Assembly (NCBI GenBank): GCA_951406725.2
Contig: OX597832.1
Location: forward strand, 49,848,001 to 49,912,000
Source of the DNA: Octopus vulgaris
Taxonomy: Eukaryota
Reading direction: 5' to 3'
DNA length: 64,000 nucleotides
Below the pieces are notes generated by a model. It had not been told where the DNA came from, searched no databases, and was given only the letters and a program-made list of their open reading frames with translations. Positions 1 through 12,555 of the stretch are shown here, in pieces; within the stretch, counting starts at the first letter, position 1, and the number at the start of each line of letters is the position of its first letter. The position numbers were made by a program, and so were the translations under genes.

Positions 1-58
1 GGGAGAACAAAGTACTTTTAACAAATTTTATATAATGTCAAACCGCACAAGATTTTAA

Positions 59-486
59 CCCTTTAGATTGCAGCCTGCCTAAGACCACCCCACAAGTTTT
101 ATGACGAAAACTTGCTGTTTTAACCCTTTAGTATTTAAACCGGCCATATCCGGCCAAAATAGCTGATCTGTTTTATGTTCAAACTGACCAGATCCAGGCT
201 CTCACGCCTGCCCTACAATGTTATTCTACATTAAGTAATTACACCATCAAGATCTTGAAGATATGAGATAATGCATGATTAATTCAAATCAATGTGAATC
301 AATAAGCATTATGTTTGATAGAATAATCTGAACACTAAAGGGTTAAAGTGATCTAAATTATAATCTTCTATCAAAATTTTATGCTAATTTGTTCCAGACC
401 CCATCTTGATAATGAGAAAGTCATTTTACTAATTTTTTCTTTATTTTAAAACTTGAAACAAAAGCAGCATATGTTAACAGAAAGGG
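59..486. mobile_element. piggyBac-like MITE (outer) containing a nested MITE
   Basis: TTAA|CCCTTT at 55-64 and AAAGGG|TTAA at 481-490. Confidence 0.55.
124..342. mobile_element. piggyBac-like MITE
   Basis: TTAA|CCCTTTAG...CTAAAGGG|TTAA; near-identical copy at 8500-8697, related copies near 31911-32090, 46960-47180 and 50800-51570. Confidence 0.75.
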
Positions 487-3028
487 TTAAATCAAATTCA
501 TCATCATAATCATCATTTTATAACTGCTTTCCATGCTGATATAGGTTGGACAGGTCACCATGGCCAGAGCCGTGGTCAGCATATATTATAGGGTAATGTT
601 AACCTAAATGGCTTTCATTTTAGGTCTGGTTTCTACAGCTGACTGCCCTTTCAAACACAAACCATTTTACTGAGCTTTACTGTGTGCATTTTCCATGGTA
701 GAAGCACCACAGCAACATCAAGTCCTTAAGAAGACAAGGGCTCTTACAACCTTACACTTAACAGAGTTTTATGGATGCAATTTTTATGAAACATCACTAG
801 AGAGGTAGCCATGTCCTCGACAGAAAGTAACAAAACCTTACTACCCTGTTTCTCAACAAAGCAGAGGGCCAGTAGAAAAATCAACATGCCATATTCAAGA
901 AGTGTATTCAAAATGATAGTGGAACTCTTACCATTATCAATACTAAAAAAGAAAGAGCCATCGAAGTGCTATTATGATAGACAGATGAATACAGGGGATG
1001 CATAGGAGAAAGGTCTACCCAAGTAGATCTTACAGAGAAGCTAGCCAGCAATTCAAGACAACAGCAAAATGGTAAATAAAGCAATTATCATCATCATCAT
1101 CATTTAACGTCCGCCTTCCATGCAAGCATGGGTAGGATGTTCTGACAGGAGCCAGCCAGGTAGAAGATAACCCTAGGCTACTGTGTTTGTTTTGGCAGGG
1201 TTTTTAGGGCTGAATGCCACTCCACAGACTCCACAGACTGGACTGAGGGCTTTTTATGTGGCACCAGCACAGGCAAGGTCAGCTTTGGCACGGTTTTTAT
1301 AGCTGAATGCCCTTCCAAATGCCAACCACTTTATAGTGTGGACTGGATGCTTTTTACATGGCACCAGCACCGGCAGGGTTATCAAGACAAGGGAGATGAA
1401 AATGAGAAAGGTATAGCATTTTTTGTCTTGGTGTCTTGTCCAAATTTTTGCTGGCACGATCAATTCTGAGAGTGCCAAATATCCGTTAACATATGCAAGA
1501 TTTTTATCTTTAACTTGTTGTTCAATGGACTGTAGCCATGCTGGGGCACCAACCTTGAAGGGCTTGACCCCAGTACTTATATTTAAGTATGGAACTTTAT
1601 TTTATCATTCCCATTTGCTAAACCACAGCATTAAGGGGAATGTAAACAAACCAACATCAGGTATCAAGGTGGAGGAGAACAAATACACACACACACACAC
1701 AAACACAGCAAGCTTTCTCACAGTTTGTCTAACAAATTCACTCACAAGGCATTGGTCAGCCTTGGGCTAAATAGCAGAAGACACTTGCCCAAGGCGCCAC
1801 ACAGTGGGACTGAACTGGAAACCACGTGGCTGCAAAGTGAGGTTCTTAACCACCCAGCAACACCTACAAACAATATTCACAAGATTTATGCATACACACA
1901 ATCCCTTTCAAACATCATTTCTGATAAGATAAACTTGCTCGACAAAAATAAACACCAACCCCAAAATATTTAGTAAAACCTATGAACAATAAAAACCCAT
2001 CAACATAACAAAATAAAAATAGTATTCCACTTCAAAACAAACTACCGATTCTTATTTGTCCACTGAATTATGTAACACCTGTTATCTCTACCTACATTAA
2101 TCATTTATATGGCATTCAGAAATTAGATTATAAGTCCCTGCCTTGTGTAAATCACTAATTTATTACAGGTGCAGGCATGGATGTGTGGTTAAGAAGCTCT
2201 CCTTGCTACCTTGTGATGACAGGTTCAGTTCTACTGCACAGCACCTTGGGCAAATGTCTCCTACTAAACGCCTCTGGTCGACCAGCATCTTGTGAGTGAA
2301 ACTGGTAGACAGAAAGTGAAAGAAGCTTGTCATGTCATGTATATATCTATAACAATAAATGCCAAAACGAATTTCTGTGTGTCAGTGTGTCACACTTTGA
2401 CCCTCTCTCTCTCTCACTATTCAATAATACTTCTTCTACTCCTCTTGCTGGGGTGAGAGTAATAGTAAGCATTGAGGAGGTAAGAGCAGTAGTAGAATGA
2501 CAGTTGAGATGGTAATGGGACGAGAGTAATAGTATGAGCTGTAGTTGTGACAGAGGTGGAGGCAATGGTGGTGGTGGTCAAGCATGATGGTGGTAGTAAG
2601 GGATGTGAAAGACAGTGGTGATGGTGGTGGAGGGGAGGCAGCGAAGTCAAAGGCATTGATGGTGGTGGCATGAGAAGTCTGAATGGTGTGTGTTTGGCAG
2701 TTGTGGTACTGGTGATGGTTGAAAACAATCGAGAGAGAAAGAGAGAGAGGTGAGACAAAAAAAATTGTATTGATTCCTGAATAGGAAAACAAAAAATGTT
2801 GTGTTATCATGAAGCTTTGCAATAAGTTCCAAATCTACATATTATATCCTGTTTTCACGAAAATTGCTCATTGCTTCAAAAATATTGGTCAAGTTTAATA
2901 AAATTTCATATGTACTCAATGCATGAAGTGTTATTATTGGACTCAAGGCCCAATGAAGAGCCCTATTGTAGCTTAAAAGCCACCCTATTGTAACTTAGCG
3001 GTTCGGCAAAGAGACCAATAGAATAAGT

Positions 3029-3190
3029 CATCATCATCATTGTTCAACCATGGTCGAGACAATGGAATTTACTATGTTGCGCCAGACTTCACGGTCCATC
3101 ATAGCATTACGGAGGTCCTGTTGCTGGATGCCTGTATCCCTGGAGATTACATCAGGGTAGGAGAGTGCGCGCCCTCTGGTGTTGCGAGTA
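3029..3190 (-). mobile_element. RTE-like LINE, extreme 3' fragment
   Basis: Near-identical to 4424-4585; (GAT)n tail. Confidence 0.75.
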
Positions 3191-3450
3191 TAGAATAAGT
3201 ACTGGGCTTGAAAATAAGCCCTGGGGTCGAAATGTTTAACAAAAATGTAGTAGGTGCTTTTTATGTGCTACTGGCATGAGGGCCAGTCAAGTGGTACTGG
3301 CATCGACTACGCTCGAACGATGCTTTTTACATGCCACTGGCATATTCTTTGCTTATTTATAGTAATTTTCTGTAATTCTTGCAGTCTATATAAACTAACC
3401 GAACTAAAAAAAGGCAAAAATCTATGAAAAATACATCTGTTGATAGTTAA

Positions 3451-3758
3451 CTCCTTACCCAACAATTATTTTGAAAATAAATGTATTTTTTCAGACATAT
3501 TTTTTAATTGTTTTATTTTACTATGTTTTGAATGGTGATTTCGAGGTATGTTTCAAACCTTATTTATTATGAATTTTAATTCAATAATATTGATTTTAAA
3601 TTTCCGCTTTGGGCAGAAACGAGTTAACCCGTTTTTAGACGAAGGAACTCGTTTGCTGTCGATTTTGGCGAGTCTATCTTTTGACGAATTAACTTGCCAG
3701 AGATAGAAAAAAACGATTTCGGTCAAAACGCATATATTCGTTTCTGCCGGGTAAGGGG
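3451..3758. mobile_element. piggyBac-like MITE, second family
   Basis: TTAA|CTCCTTACCC ... GGGTAAGGGG|TTAA. Confidence 0.6.
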
Positions 3759-3849
3759 TTAAGAACATTTTGGCATTTTCAAATACATCGCTGTAAGAAG
3801 ATTTAGTGCTCAGGAAAGAAACAATTAGTCTAAGACAAAATCAAAAAGA

Positions 3850-4250
3850 AGCTGGGGTAAGAAGTTTGCTTCCCAACCACATGGTTCCAGGTTCAGTTCC
3901 GCTGCGTGGCACCCTGGGCAAGCAGATTTCTACTATAGCCTCTGGTCAACCAAAGCCTTATGAGTGGATTTCGTTGATAGAAACTGAAAGAAGCTCGTGT
4001 GGGTGTGTATATATATACACACATATATATATATACACACACACATGTCCTTGTGTCTCTGTCTGTCCCCTACCACAGCTTGACAACCGGTGTTGGTATG
4101 TTTACATCCCCATAACTTAGTGGTTTGGCAAAAAAGAAACCGATAGAACGAGTATGAAGCTTACAGAAAAATAAGTCCTGGGGTCAATTTGTGACTAAAA
4201 ACCCTTCAAGGAGGCACCCCAGCATGGCCAAAGTCAAATGACTGAATCCT
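3850..4250 (+). mobile_element. SINE family A (tRNA-derived head, CORE-like box, internal microsatellite)
   Basis: Homology to full copies such as 62332-62731. Confidence 0.85.
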
Positions 4251-4423
4251 AAAACATATCTGTTCGCTATTGGGAAATCGGTAATAAAATAATAGTGTAG
4301 GAGGTAAAAGTATAATAAAGCAGTGCAGGTGTAATAAATATATATAAGAATAAGCAATGAGGTTATAACAGTGCAAGAGACAGAGGTATAAGACACAAGG
4401 TAGATGAACAATAGTGCAGGAAA

Positions 4424-4870
4424 TCATCATCATCATTGTTCGACCGTGGTCGAGACAATGAAATTTACCATGCTACGCCAGACTTCACGGTCCATCATAG
4501 CATTACGGAGGTCCTGTTGCTGGATGCCTGTATCCCTGGAGATTACATCAGAGTAGGAGAGTGTGTGCCCTCTAGTATCGCGAGTAGATGGCTTCCAGAG
4601 GAGAAGAGTAGAAATTGCCTCGTTTTCAGCTCTACAACAATGTCCTGCAAACTGGACTCTCCTACCTTTCACAAGAGATGACACAGGTGGTAGTTTCCCA
4701 TATATTTGCATTTTGGTTGGATGACGCTTCCACGAGAGATTTTGAGCTCTCATAAGGAGGCGAGTGTAAGTTCCATCCAACCGCTTCTCAAGCTTCTTTG
4801 ATAACATCCAGTAGAATTGGTTCAACTGTGGCTTTGAAGATTTCAAGTTTGAAGTCTCTACTTAGATTTG
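4424..4870 (-). mobile_element. RTE-like LINE 3' end (C-terminus of the RT ORF)
   Basis: ORF 4433-4846: LEKRLDGTYTRLLMRAQNLSWKRHPT...RRVQFAGHCCR...MMDREVWRSMV, typical of post-RT C-termini of RTE-like elements; (GAT)n tail follows the stop. Confidence 0.8.
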
Positions 4871-5011
4871 ATGACCAGATCTTATGCAGGTCATTACAGG
4901 CTGACCAGGAAATAGACATATATAACAGGGTAAAAAGGAAATTGAAAAGAAGCTTGCCAATCCATGCCAGTATGGAGAATGGACGTTAAACGATGATGAT
5001 GATGATGATAT

Positions 5012-5224
5012 ATAGTATTTTATAAGCTTGAAGTTTATAAGCAACAACCAAGCAATGACTAAAGAAAATAGCCTAATAATGGGGCATATAAGCCCTCGAC
5101 AGAAAAATGTAGGTTTTCCCATACGGGATAACCTACTTTTTTCCATCGAGTGCTTATATGCCTCATTAGACTATTTCCTTTAGTCATTGCATGGTGATTG
5201 CTTAGAAGTTTCTAAAATACTATT
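5012..5224. repeat. Imperfect ~210-bp fold-back palindrome (MITE-like)
   Basis: Arms TAGTATTTTA...GTAGGTTTTCCC and GGGATAACCTAC...TAAAATACTA around a 4-nt loop (ATAC). Confidence 0.8.
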
Positions 5225-5570
5225 ATCATTATTTACAGAATTGTAAAAATTGCCGCCGCTTAACAAAAACCATCATATCTATATATATATATATGTGTGT
5301 GTGTGGGGCTATAGTAGCAGACACTTGCCCATGATGCTGTGCAGCAGGACTGCATTTATATAGCACATGAATGCATCAGAGTGGTGTTAAGAAACTTGGG
5401 TTTAGTCTCACTGTGTGCCATCATGGATAAGTATCTTCTATTGTAGCCATCATCATCACTGTTTAACATCCACCTTCCATGCTGGCATGGATTGGATAGT
5501 TTGACAGGAGCCAGCCAGGTAGGAGACTACACCAGGCTACTGTGTGTTTTGGCATGGTTTTTTCTTACGG

Positions 5571-5805
5571 CTGGATGCCCTTCCTAACACCAACCACCCT
5601 GCAGAGTGGACCAAGTTAGGTCGCTTTTGGCGTGGTTTTTACAACTGGATGCCCTTCCTAACACCAACCACCCTGCAGAGTGGACCAAGTTAGGTTGCTT
5701 TTGGCGTGGTTTTTACAACTGGATGCCCTTCCTAACACCAACCACCCTGCAGAGTGGACCAAGTTAGGTCACTTTTGGCGTGGTTTTTACAACTGGATGC
5801 CCTTC
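5571..5805. repeat. 74-bp tandem repeat x3 inside a (GAT)n-tailed element
   Basis: CTGGATGCCCTTC recurs at 5571, 5645, 5719 and 5793. Confidence 0.85.
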
Positions 5806-5969
5806 AAGGTGTCCACCACTTCACAGTGTGGACTGGATGCTTTTTACATGGTACCAGGACCAAAGCTTTGAGTGGATCTGGTAGACGGAAACTGAAAGAA
5901 ATCTGTTATATACATGTGTGCATGCATATTTTTGCATGTATGTATATGTGTATGTTTAGACATCATGTG

Positions 5970-6370
5970 ACATGAGACTCCCCAAAGAAACTGTTTTATG
6001 GTGAACTGGCAGAAGGCAAGCACACACATGAAGGACAAAGTGTTTTCAGGATACACTCAAAGCCTCACTGAAGAGCTTTGAGATCCACCCTGATACCTGG
6101 AAAGCACAAGCACAAGACCACCTTGCCTGGCAAAACTGCACCAACAGAGGTACCATCTTCTACAAACCAAAGCAGAAGCACAAAGAAAACACAAGCTGTG
6201 CAAAGCCCAGACCCAACTCCTTGCCTTCAGTTCCTGTAGACCACCAGTGGCCTGACTTGCAGCAGAGTCTGCCGAGCACACATTGGACTAATCAACCACC
6301 ACCCCACACACTATGACCCATCTTCTTCTCCCATGTTATGACCTTGGTCAACATCGACAACATCAAACTA
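5970..6370 (+). mobile_element. Degenerate BovB-like RTE LINE 3' fragment
   Basis: Broken frame RLPKKLFYGELAEGK...LKASLKSFEIHPDTWKAQAQDHLAW...CSRVCRAHIGLINH. Confidence 0.75.
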
Positions 6371-7244
6371 ATAACAATTCCTTCCACTATAGGCACAAGG
6401 CCTGAAATCTTTAGGGAGGGGACTAGTGGATTACATCAACCCCAGTGTTTCACTGGTACTTGATTTATCAACCCCGAAAGGTTGAAAGGGAGGGAAAGTC
6501 AACCTCGGCGGAATTTGAACTCAGAACATACAGACAGATGAAATGCTGCTAAGCATTTGCCCAGTGTGCTACCAGTTCTGCCAGCTCACCACCTTAATAA
6601 TAATAATAATAACAATCATTTCTACTATAGGCACAAAGGTTGAAATTCTGGGGGAAGGAATAAATCAATTACATCGACCCCAATGTTTCACTGGTACTTA
6701 ATTTATTACTCCGAAAGGATGAACAGCAAAGTCACTGGAAATAATAATAAGTAGACTTAATCCATCACCCAGATTAACATAACAACCACCAGGCACCTTG
6801 GATGCTTTTGACCGATGAAACCACCCTGCTGCAAGCATTCTGGTTATGTCTCTGGTTTAAGGATGCTTTACTCCCTCCCTTCTTCTTCTTTCCAGTCTCA
6901 GAAACCTCTTTAAAGGGTCATGGACAGGGCCTTCCTTTCTGACTAAAAAGAAAACAAAAAAAGTTAATATACCTTGCATCACTACAAGCATGGGTTCGAT
7001 GGTTCAACTGGGGTCTGGGAAGCCAGAAGGCTGCGCCAGGCCTAGTCTGATCTCGCAGTGTTTCTACAGCTGGATGCCCTTCCTAACGCCAACCACTCTG
7101 TGAGTGTAGTGGGTGCTTTTTACGTGCCACCTGCACAGGTGCCAGACGAGGCTGGCAACGGCCACGGTCGGATGGTGCTTTTTATGTGCCACCGGCACGG
7201 AGGCCAGTTGGGGTTCGGATGGTTCTCTTACATATATATATATA

Positions 7245-7588
7245 TTTCACTGGCTAATTGCAACACCAGTGCCTATTCTAGCACAGTTATTCTATATATC
7301 ACTAGTGGTGAGATAAGTTACTGCTATGTCTAGCAGTCAAGCAGCCATCATTGACAAGACCAAAGCAGGTCGAAATCACATGATATGATGGTCTCAGTAC
7401 TGGAGGAGGCAGGGATTTATTTCCCCACTGTTGATGTAAACAAGTGCATTTTTGCACCAAAATGCTACCAATATGAGAGGTTCTCTCGTGGTATCTGCTG
7501 CAGTATAGTTTGTGCTAACACAACATCCACGTTTAAGTGGGAATAAATATTACCTCTCGATGTTAGTACTGTCTCTGTCGCTAATACA
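7245..7588 (+). mobile_element. Old Penelope-like pLTR fragment carrying a decayed hammerhead
   Basis: Colinear homolog at ~54013-54350; hammerhead fold at 7345-7391. Confidence 0.6.
7345..7391 (+). ncRNA. Type I hammerhead ribozyme relic (core mutated)
   Basis: CCATCA-TTGACAA-GACC aaagca GGTC-GAAA-TCACATGA-TA-TGATGG; stems I and II intact, core deviates from CUGANGA. Confidence 0.6.
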
Positions 7589-7844
7589 TTTTTTTTTAAA
7601 CTAAGAGTAGTACTATGATTCAAGAATTATCAAAATTGATGATCTTTCTTAGACATGATGACCATCAAACACCAAGTATTCATCCACATAAAAAGGGAAA
7701 CCAAATAGCAAACTGGAAGTAACATGTTCTCCAACAGGTGCACATCACACGACCAACCAAAGCTTAATAATCTCAAAAGGAACTGACGCATGGGCTGATA
7801 CAGGTCTTGGCTTCCTGACAAAATCAGAGTCTTAAAATCTAAAA

Positions 7845-8245
7845 TCATCATCATCGTTAAGCGTCGGCTTTCCATGCTAGCATGGGTTGGACGGTTCAAC
7901 TGGGGGTTTGGGAAGCCAGAAGGCTGCACCAGCCCAGTCTGATCTGGCAATGTTTCTACGGCTGGAGGCCCTTCCTAATGCCAACCACTCCATGAGTGTA
8001 GTGGATGCTTTTTACGTGCCACCAGCACAGGTGCCAGAGGAGGCTGGCAAACGGCCACGATCGGACGGTGCTTTTTACGTGCCACTGGCACGGAGGCCAG
8101 GTGAAGCTGGCAATGGCCAGGATCGGATGGTGCTTTTTACGTGCCATCAGCACGGAGGCCAGTCGGGGCGGCCACGTTCGGATGGTTCTCTTACGTGCCA
8201 CTGGCACTGGTATCACAGCTACAATTTCAATTTTCATTGATGTTG
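7845..8245 (-). mobile_element. Retroposon family B ((GAT)n tail, internal ~55-60-bp minisatellite)
   Basis: CATCATCGTT..CGTC..CTTTCCATGCTAGCATGGGTTGGACGG...GGTGCTTTTTACGTGCCAC repeats. Other copies near 1088-1390, 5448-5860, 6985-7232, 49810-49998 and 63410-63600. Confidence 0.85.
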
Positions 8246-8499
8246 AATCATAAAAATTCTAGATCTTTTATCTTTTACTTGTTTCAGCTAGTGAACTATG
8301 GCCATGCTGGGACACCACCTTGAAGGGCTTTAGATGAACAAATCAACTTCAGTACTCATTAATTTTAAAAGTCTGGCACTTATTCTCATTCTGTTTTGCT
8401 GAACCGCTAAGTTATAGGGATGTAAAAAAAATCAACACTACTTGCCAACAAGCAGTCAATGGAGAGGTGAGGGAAGAAACACACATACACACACATTAA

Positions 8500-8697
8500 C
8501 CCTTTAGTATTTAAACCGGCCATATCCAGCCAAAATATTTAATTTGTTTTATGTTCAAACTGACCAGATCCAGGCTCTCACACCTACCCTACAATGTTAA
8601 TCTACATTAGGTAATTACACCATCAAGATCTTGAAGATATGAGATAATGCATGATTAATTCAAATTAATGTGATAGAATAATCAGAACACTAAAGGG
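8500..8697. mobile_element. piggyBac-like MITE (same family as 124-342)
   Basis: TTAA TSD, CCCTTTAG TIRs, high identity to 124-342. Confidence 0.75.
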
Positions 8698-8862
8698 TTA
8701 ATTAAAGATTTTAAACCATGCTTGCCATACTAATTGACTTGATAACAAAACCAATAAATTCAAAATCTGTAATTATCAGAATCATGAAGATTAACTGGAG
8801 TGTCTAAGACTAGTATTGTTAACTTATGGGAAAGGTTTTGCACTAAGCACTGTGTAACATAT

Positions 8863-9197
8863 GGAGGCACATTGTTCAGTGGTTAGAGCATCAAGCTCAC
8901 AATCATGAGGTAGTGAGTTCCATTCCCGGACCAGGCAGTGTGCGGTGTTCTTGAGCAAGACACTTCATTTTACATTGCTCCAGTTCACTCTGCTGTAGAA
9001 ATGAGTTGCGATATCACTGGTGCCAAGCTGTATTGGCCCCTTTGCCTTTCCCTTGGATAACATCAGTGGAATGGAGAGGAGAGGCTGGTGTGCATGGGCA
9101 ACTGCTGGTCTTCCATAAACAACCTTGCCCAGATTTGTGTCTTGGAGGGTTACCTTCTCGGTGCAATCCCATGATCATTCATGACCGAAGGGGGACT
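8863..9197 (+). mobile_element. SINE family D (tRNA head, GTGTTCTTGAGCAAGACAC box)
   Basis: A/B boxes present; other copies at 41478-41766 and 53685-53947. Confidence 0.8.
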
Positions 9198-10226
9198 TTA
9201 TACTGGGTAGCAAAACCAAATGAGCATCTAAAGTTTGTCATAAGTTGCAGATAGAAGTCATCATCATCATCTTTTAACATCTCTTTTTCTATGCTGGCTT
9301 CGGTTGTACACTTCAACATAAATTGACGAGTCAGAGGCCTGCATTGAGCTCCGATGTCTGCTTCGTCATGGTTTCTATAGCTGGATACACTTTGTGATGC
9401 CAACCACTTCACAGAGCATAGCGAGTGCTTTCTTTCCATGACACCGACACAGGTGAGGTCACCAAGTACCCGCAATAGAAGGTCCCTCGACAGAGTGGTG
9501 TATAGTACCGAGGGTTATGAATGTATGCTAGGGGAACAGGAGCACATATATATTTCTTTTATCTGTTTGTCATTTGACTGCGGCCATGCTAGAGCGCCGC
9601 CCTGAAGGATTTCAATCGACAGAATCTACTCAAGGACATCTATTTCTTTAAGACTGGTACTTATTTTATCACACCCTTTTGCCATAACATAACGTTACGG
9701 GGGACATAAACACACCAACACCGGTTGTCAAGCGGTGATGGAGGAACAAAGAGACAAAGACACACACACACATACATATACGATGGGCTTCTCTCAGCTT
9801 CTGTTTATCAAATCGGCCCGAGGCTATAGAAAACACCTGCCAAGGTACCACTGCTTGATACTGAACCATGTGATTGGAAATCAAGCTTCTTACCACACAG
9901 ACACACCTGCGCCTATATATATATATATATATATAGACAAACAAAAAAAGTAATAATGTTGGTGCGGAAGACACCCGCCTCCATAACAGTAAACCCAACG
10001 GTAGGTTATCATGGACAGCCATACAACAGTTTCGAACCAGAGTAGGCAAAGTTTCTCAGCTACATTCATATATTAAAGAGGGGTGGGGGCGTTACCTTAT
10101 GCTTTGTTTTTCCTTTTTTTTTTTTACATTACACATATCTGAAGAAAACGGGGAGTTACCAAATATTATAAAGACTCATAGGAAACTACAGAAATACAGA
10201 AAATATTACACCATGCAAAGAATAGG

Positions 10227-10641
10227 GGATCTTTTCGGTTTGAACGGCAGTTTTTTTCTAGCGGTGTCATATGAAATTGTCACCCATAATTATGACCCTA
10301 GTATCGATCTATTGCATTTCAATCTGTTTTAGGGTTAGGGTTAGGGGGAAGGGTATCTTTTTTTCTTCAGAAATGTAAATAAACTCAATCTGGTTCTTAA
10401 ACGAGGGACATAATCATACGGCACAGAATGTTTTCACCTCAATAGACGTCATTGATTGGTTGAAATTGCAGAAACTGAAGGAAAAAGACAACAAATATCT
10501 TACAAACCATAGAATTTTCTCAATAAAGCCAAGAGAAAAAGATGTTTTATAAACACATTCTACCAGTATACGAAGTTTAAAAGTGTTTAGTTACGTGGAA
10601 ATTATTTTTAAAAAAAACTGCCGTCCAAACCGAAAAGATCC
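10227..10641. mobile_element. MITE with ~30-bp TIRs and 8-bp TSD (Merlin- or hAT-like)
   Basis: TIR GGATCTTTTCGGTTTGAACGGCAGTTTTTT; flanks AGAATAGG/AGAATGGG; second copy inverted at 43143-43570. Confidence 0.85.
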
Positions 10642-11515
10642 AGAATGGGGGTTTGTTGGGTGGGTTCGTGGGGGAGAGACAAAACAATGATTGTATCGGG
10701 GGGGGGGATGAAGTAAGAGAGACCAACAAAACAGTCTTTGCAAAGAGAGAACCATTTCTGTAAATATATAAAGGCATCATACGTAACAGTTTATTGTTTA
10801 TTGAGCAACAGAATCTAGAGTTACGTCCCTTCAAAAAGTAAAAAAAAAAAACAACACTAAATAAAAACAAACACTAATAAACAGACACACACACACACTT
10901 TACACTATATAATGTGCATCTTTCTGAGCTGTGGTAGCAGTTGGACCCAACACCACGGTGGTGAGTGGCTACGAAATGGAACACATATACACACCTCCTC
11001 GTAGATTGCTGACTTACTCCTGAGGGGTAAAAGGGGGAAGTTTCGCCGAGTATAGAATAGAATAGAAATATATATTTACATTTTACATTATTTTTTTTTT
11101 TCGGTTAAGTCTAGAAAAAATATAATAAAATTTTAGTATAACGGGAAAAAAAATAAAATTAACATAACGCTCTTAAATCGATATAAATTGAAAAAATATA
11201 TATATCTAAATTCAAATATATATATTTTCTTTTAATGTATTTGTCGGAAATCTGTGTTTTAAAATGTAGATCTATTTATATAAAAAAAAAAAAATTCCCC
11301 CATTTTTTGAAGTGAAACCCATAACAAAAAGTGAGATACGAAAAAAAATGTCCGTATGAACAATAAAAATATTTTGCATCGTGGTAGATAGAAAGAAAAA
11401 TGGGCTGGTATCGTTTTTATCTATCTTCCCCCATATACACACACACGTCTTTTATTTCCCACCAAACACAATTGTACACACACACACACATATGCATACA
11501 CACACATATATATAT

Positions 11516-11558
<43 letters not shown>

Positions 11559-11879
11559 CCTCCAACGCCTGGCTATATACGTACATATATTATTATTACA
11601 CACACACAACAGTGATGGCGATTTATTTGAAAATCCGCTGTATATTATTATGGTGTGTTTTCAGGGCTACTAGAGTGCGAGATTTACGAAGCGGCTAAAC
11701 AAGAATGGGTAGCGAGCGAGTGGTGCGCGAGAAGTGTGTATGTTCAATACTACAGCCAACACAGAGACATCTCCTAACCCTATAACAGCTTTACACACTT
11801 ACAAGTGTGTATATATATATATATACATATATTCCTTTTTAACCTACCATCCTCCTATGAAAGCACCACACACACAATA

Positions 11880-11888
11880 AATATATAG

Positions 11889-11927
<39 letters not shown>

Positions 11928-12203
11928 GATACATACAGATACATACATATATATATATAGATAGATACATACATATATATACATAGATACATACATATAT
12001 ATACATAGATACATACATATATATACATATACATACATATATATAGATACATACATATATATAGATACATACATATATATACAGATACATACATATATAT
12101 ATACAGATACATACATATATATACAGATACATACATATATATAGATACATACATATATATAGATACATACATATATATATATATAGATATATATGTATGT
12201 ATA
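11880..12203. repeat. Compound (TA)/(AGAT)/(ACAT) micro/minisatellite
   Basis: Reiterated AGATACATACATATATAT units. Confidence 0.9.
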
Positions 12204-12470
12204 TCTAATAGTTCGGGCACATTTACCATTTAGTCTTCACATAAACCGTTCCTGCCATCTTTTATTTTGTACATTCTCAAATATTACTAGTACAGTACCT
12301 TTTTTTTTTCTTCATATATTTGCTAATACTACGATCGTAGCTAAGGCAACATTTTTAAAGAGGTGGGGGGGAAAGGAAGAAGGAAAAAAAAAAGTAGGTT
12401 GAAAGGAATAGAAGAGAAAGCTTCAAGCAGAAGCAAAGCAATTCCCATAAACTTAGAGTACACATAAGAC

Positions 12471-12555
<85 letters not shown>

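Noticed and set aside
2417-2832. His/Thr/Pro-rich ORFs
   Set aside because: Degenerate (GGT/GAT)n low-complexity sequence.
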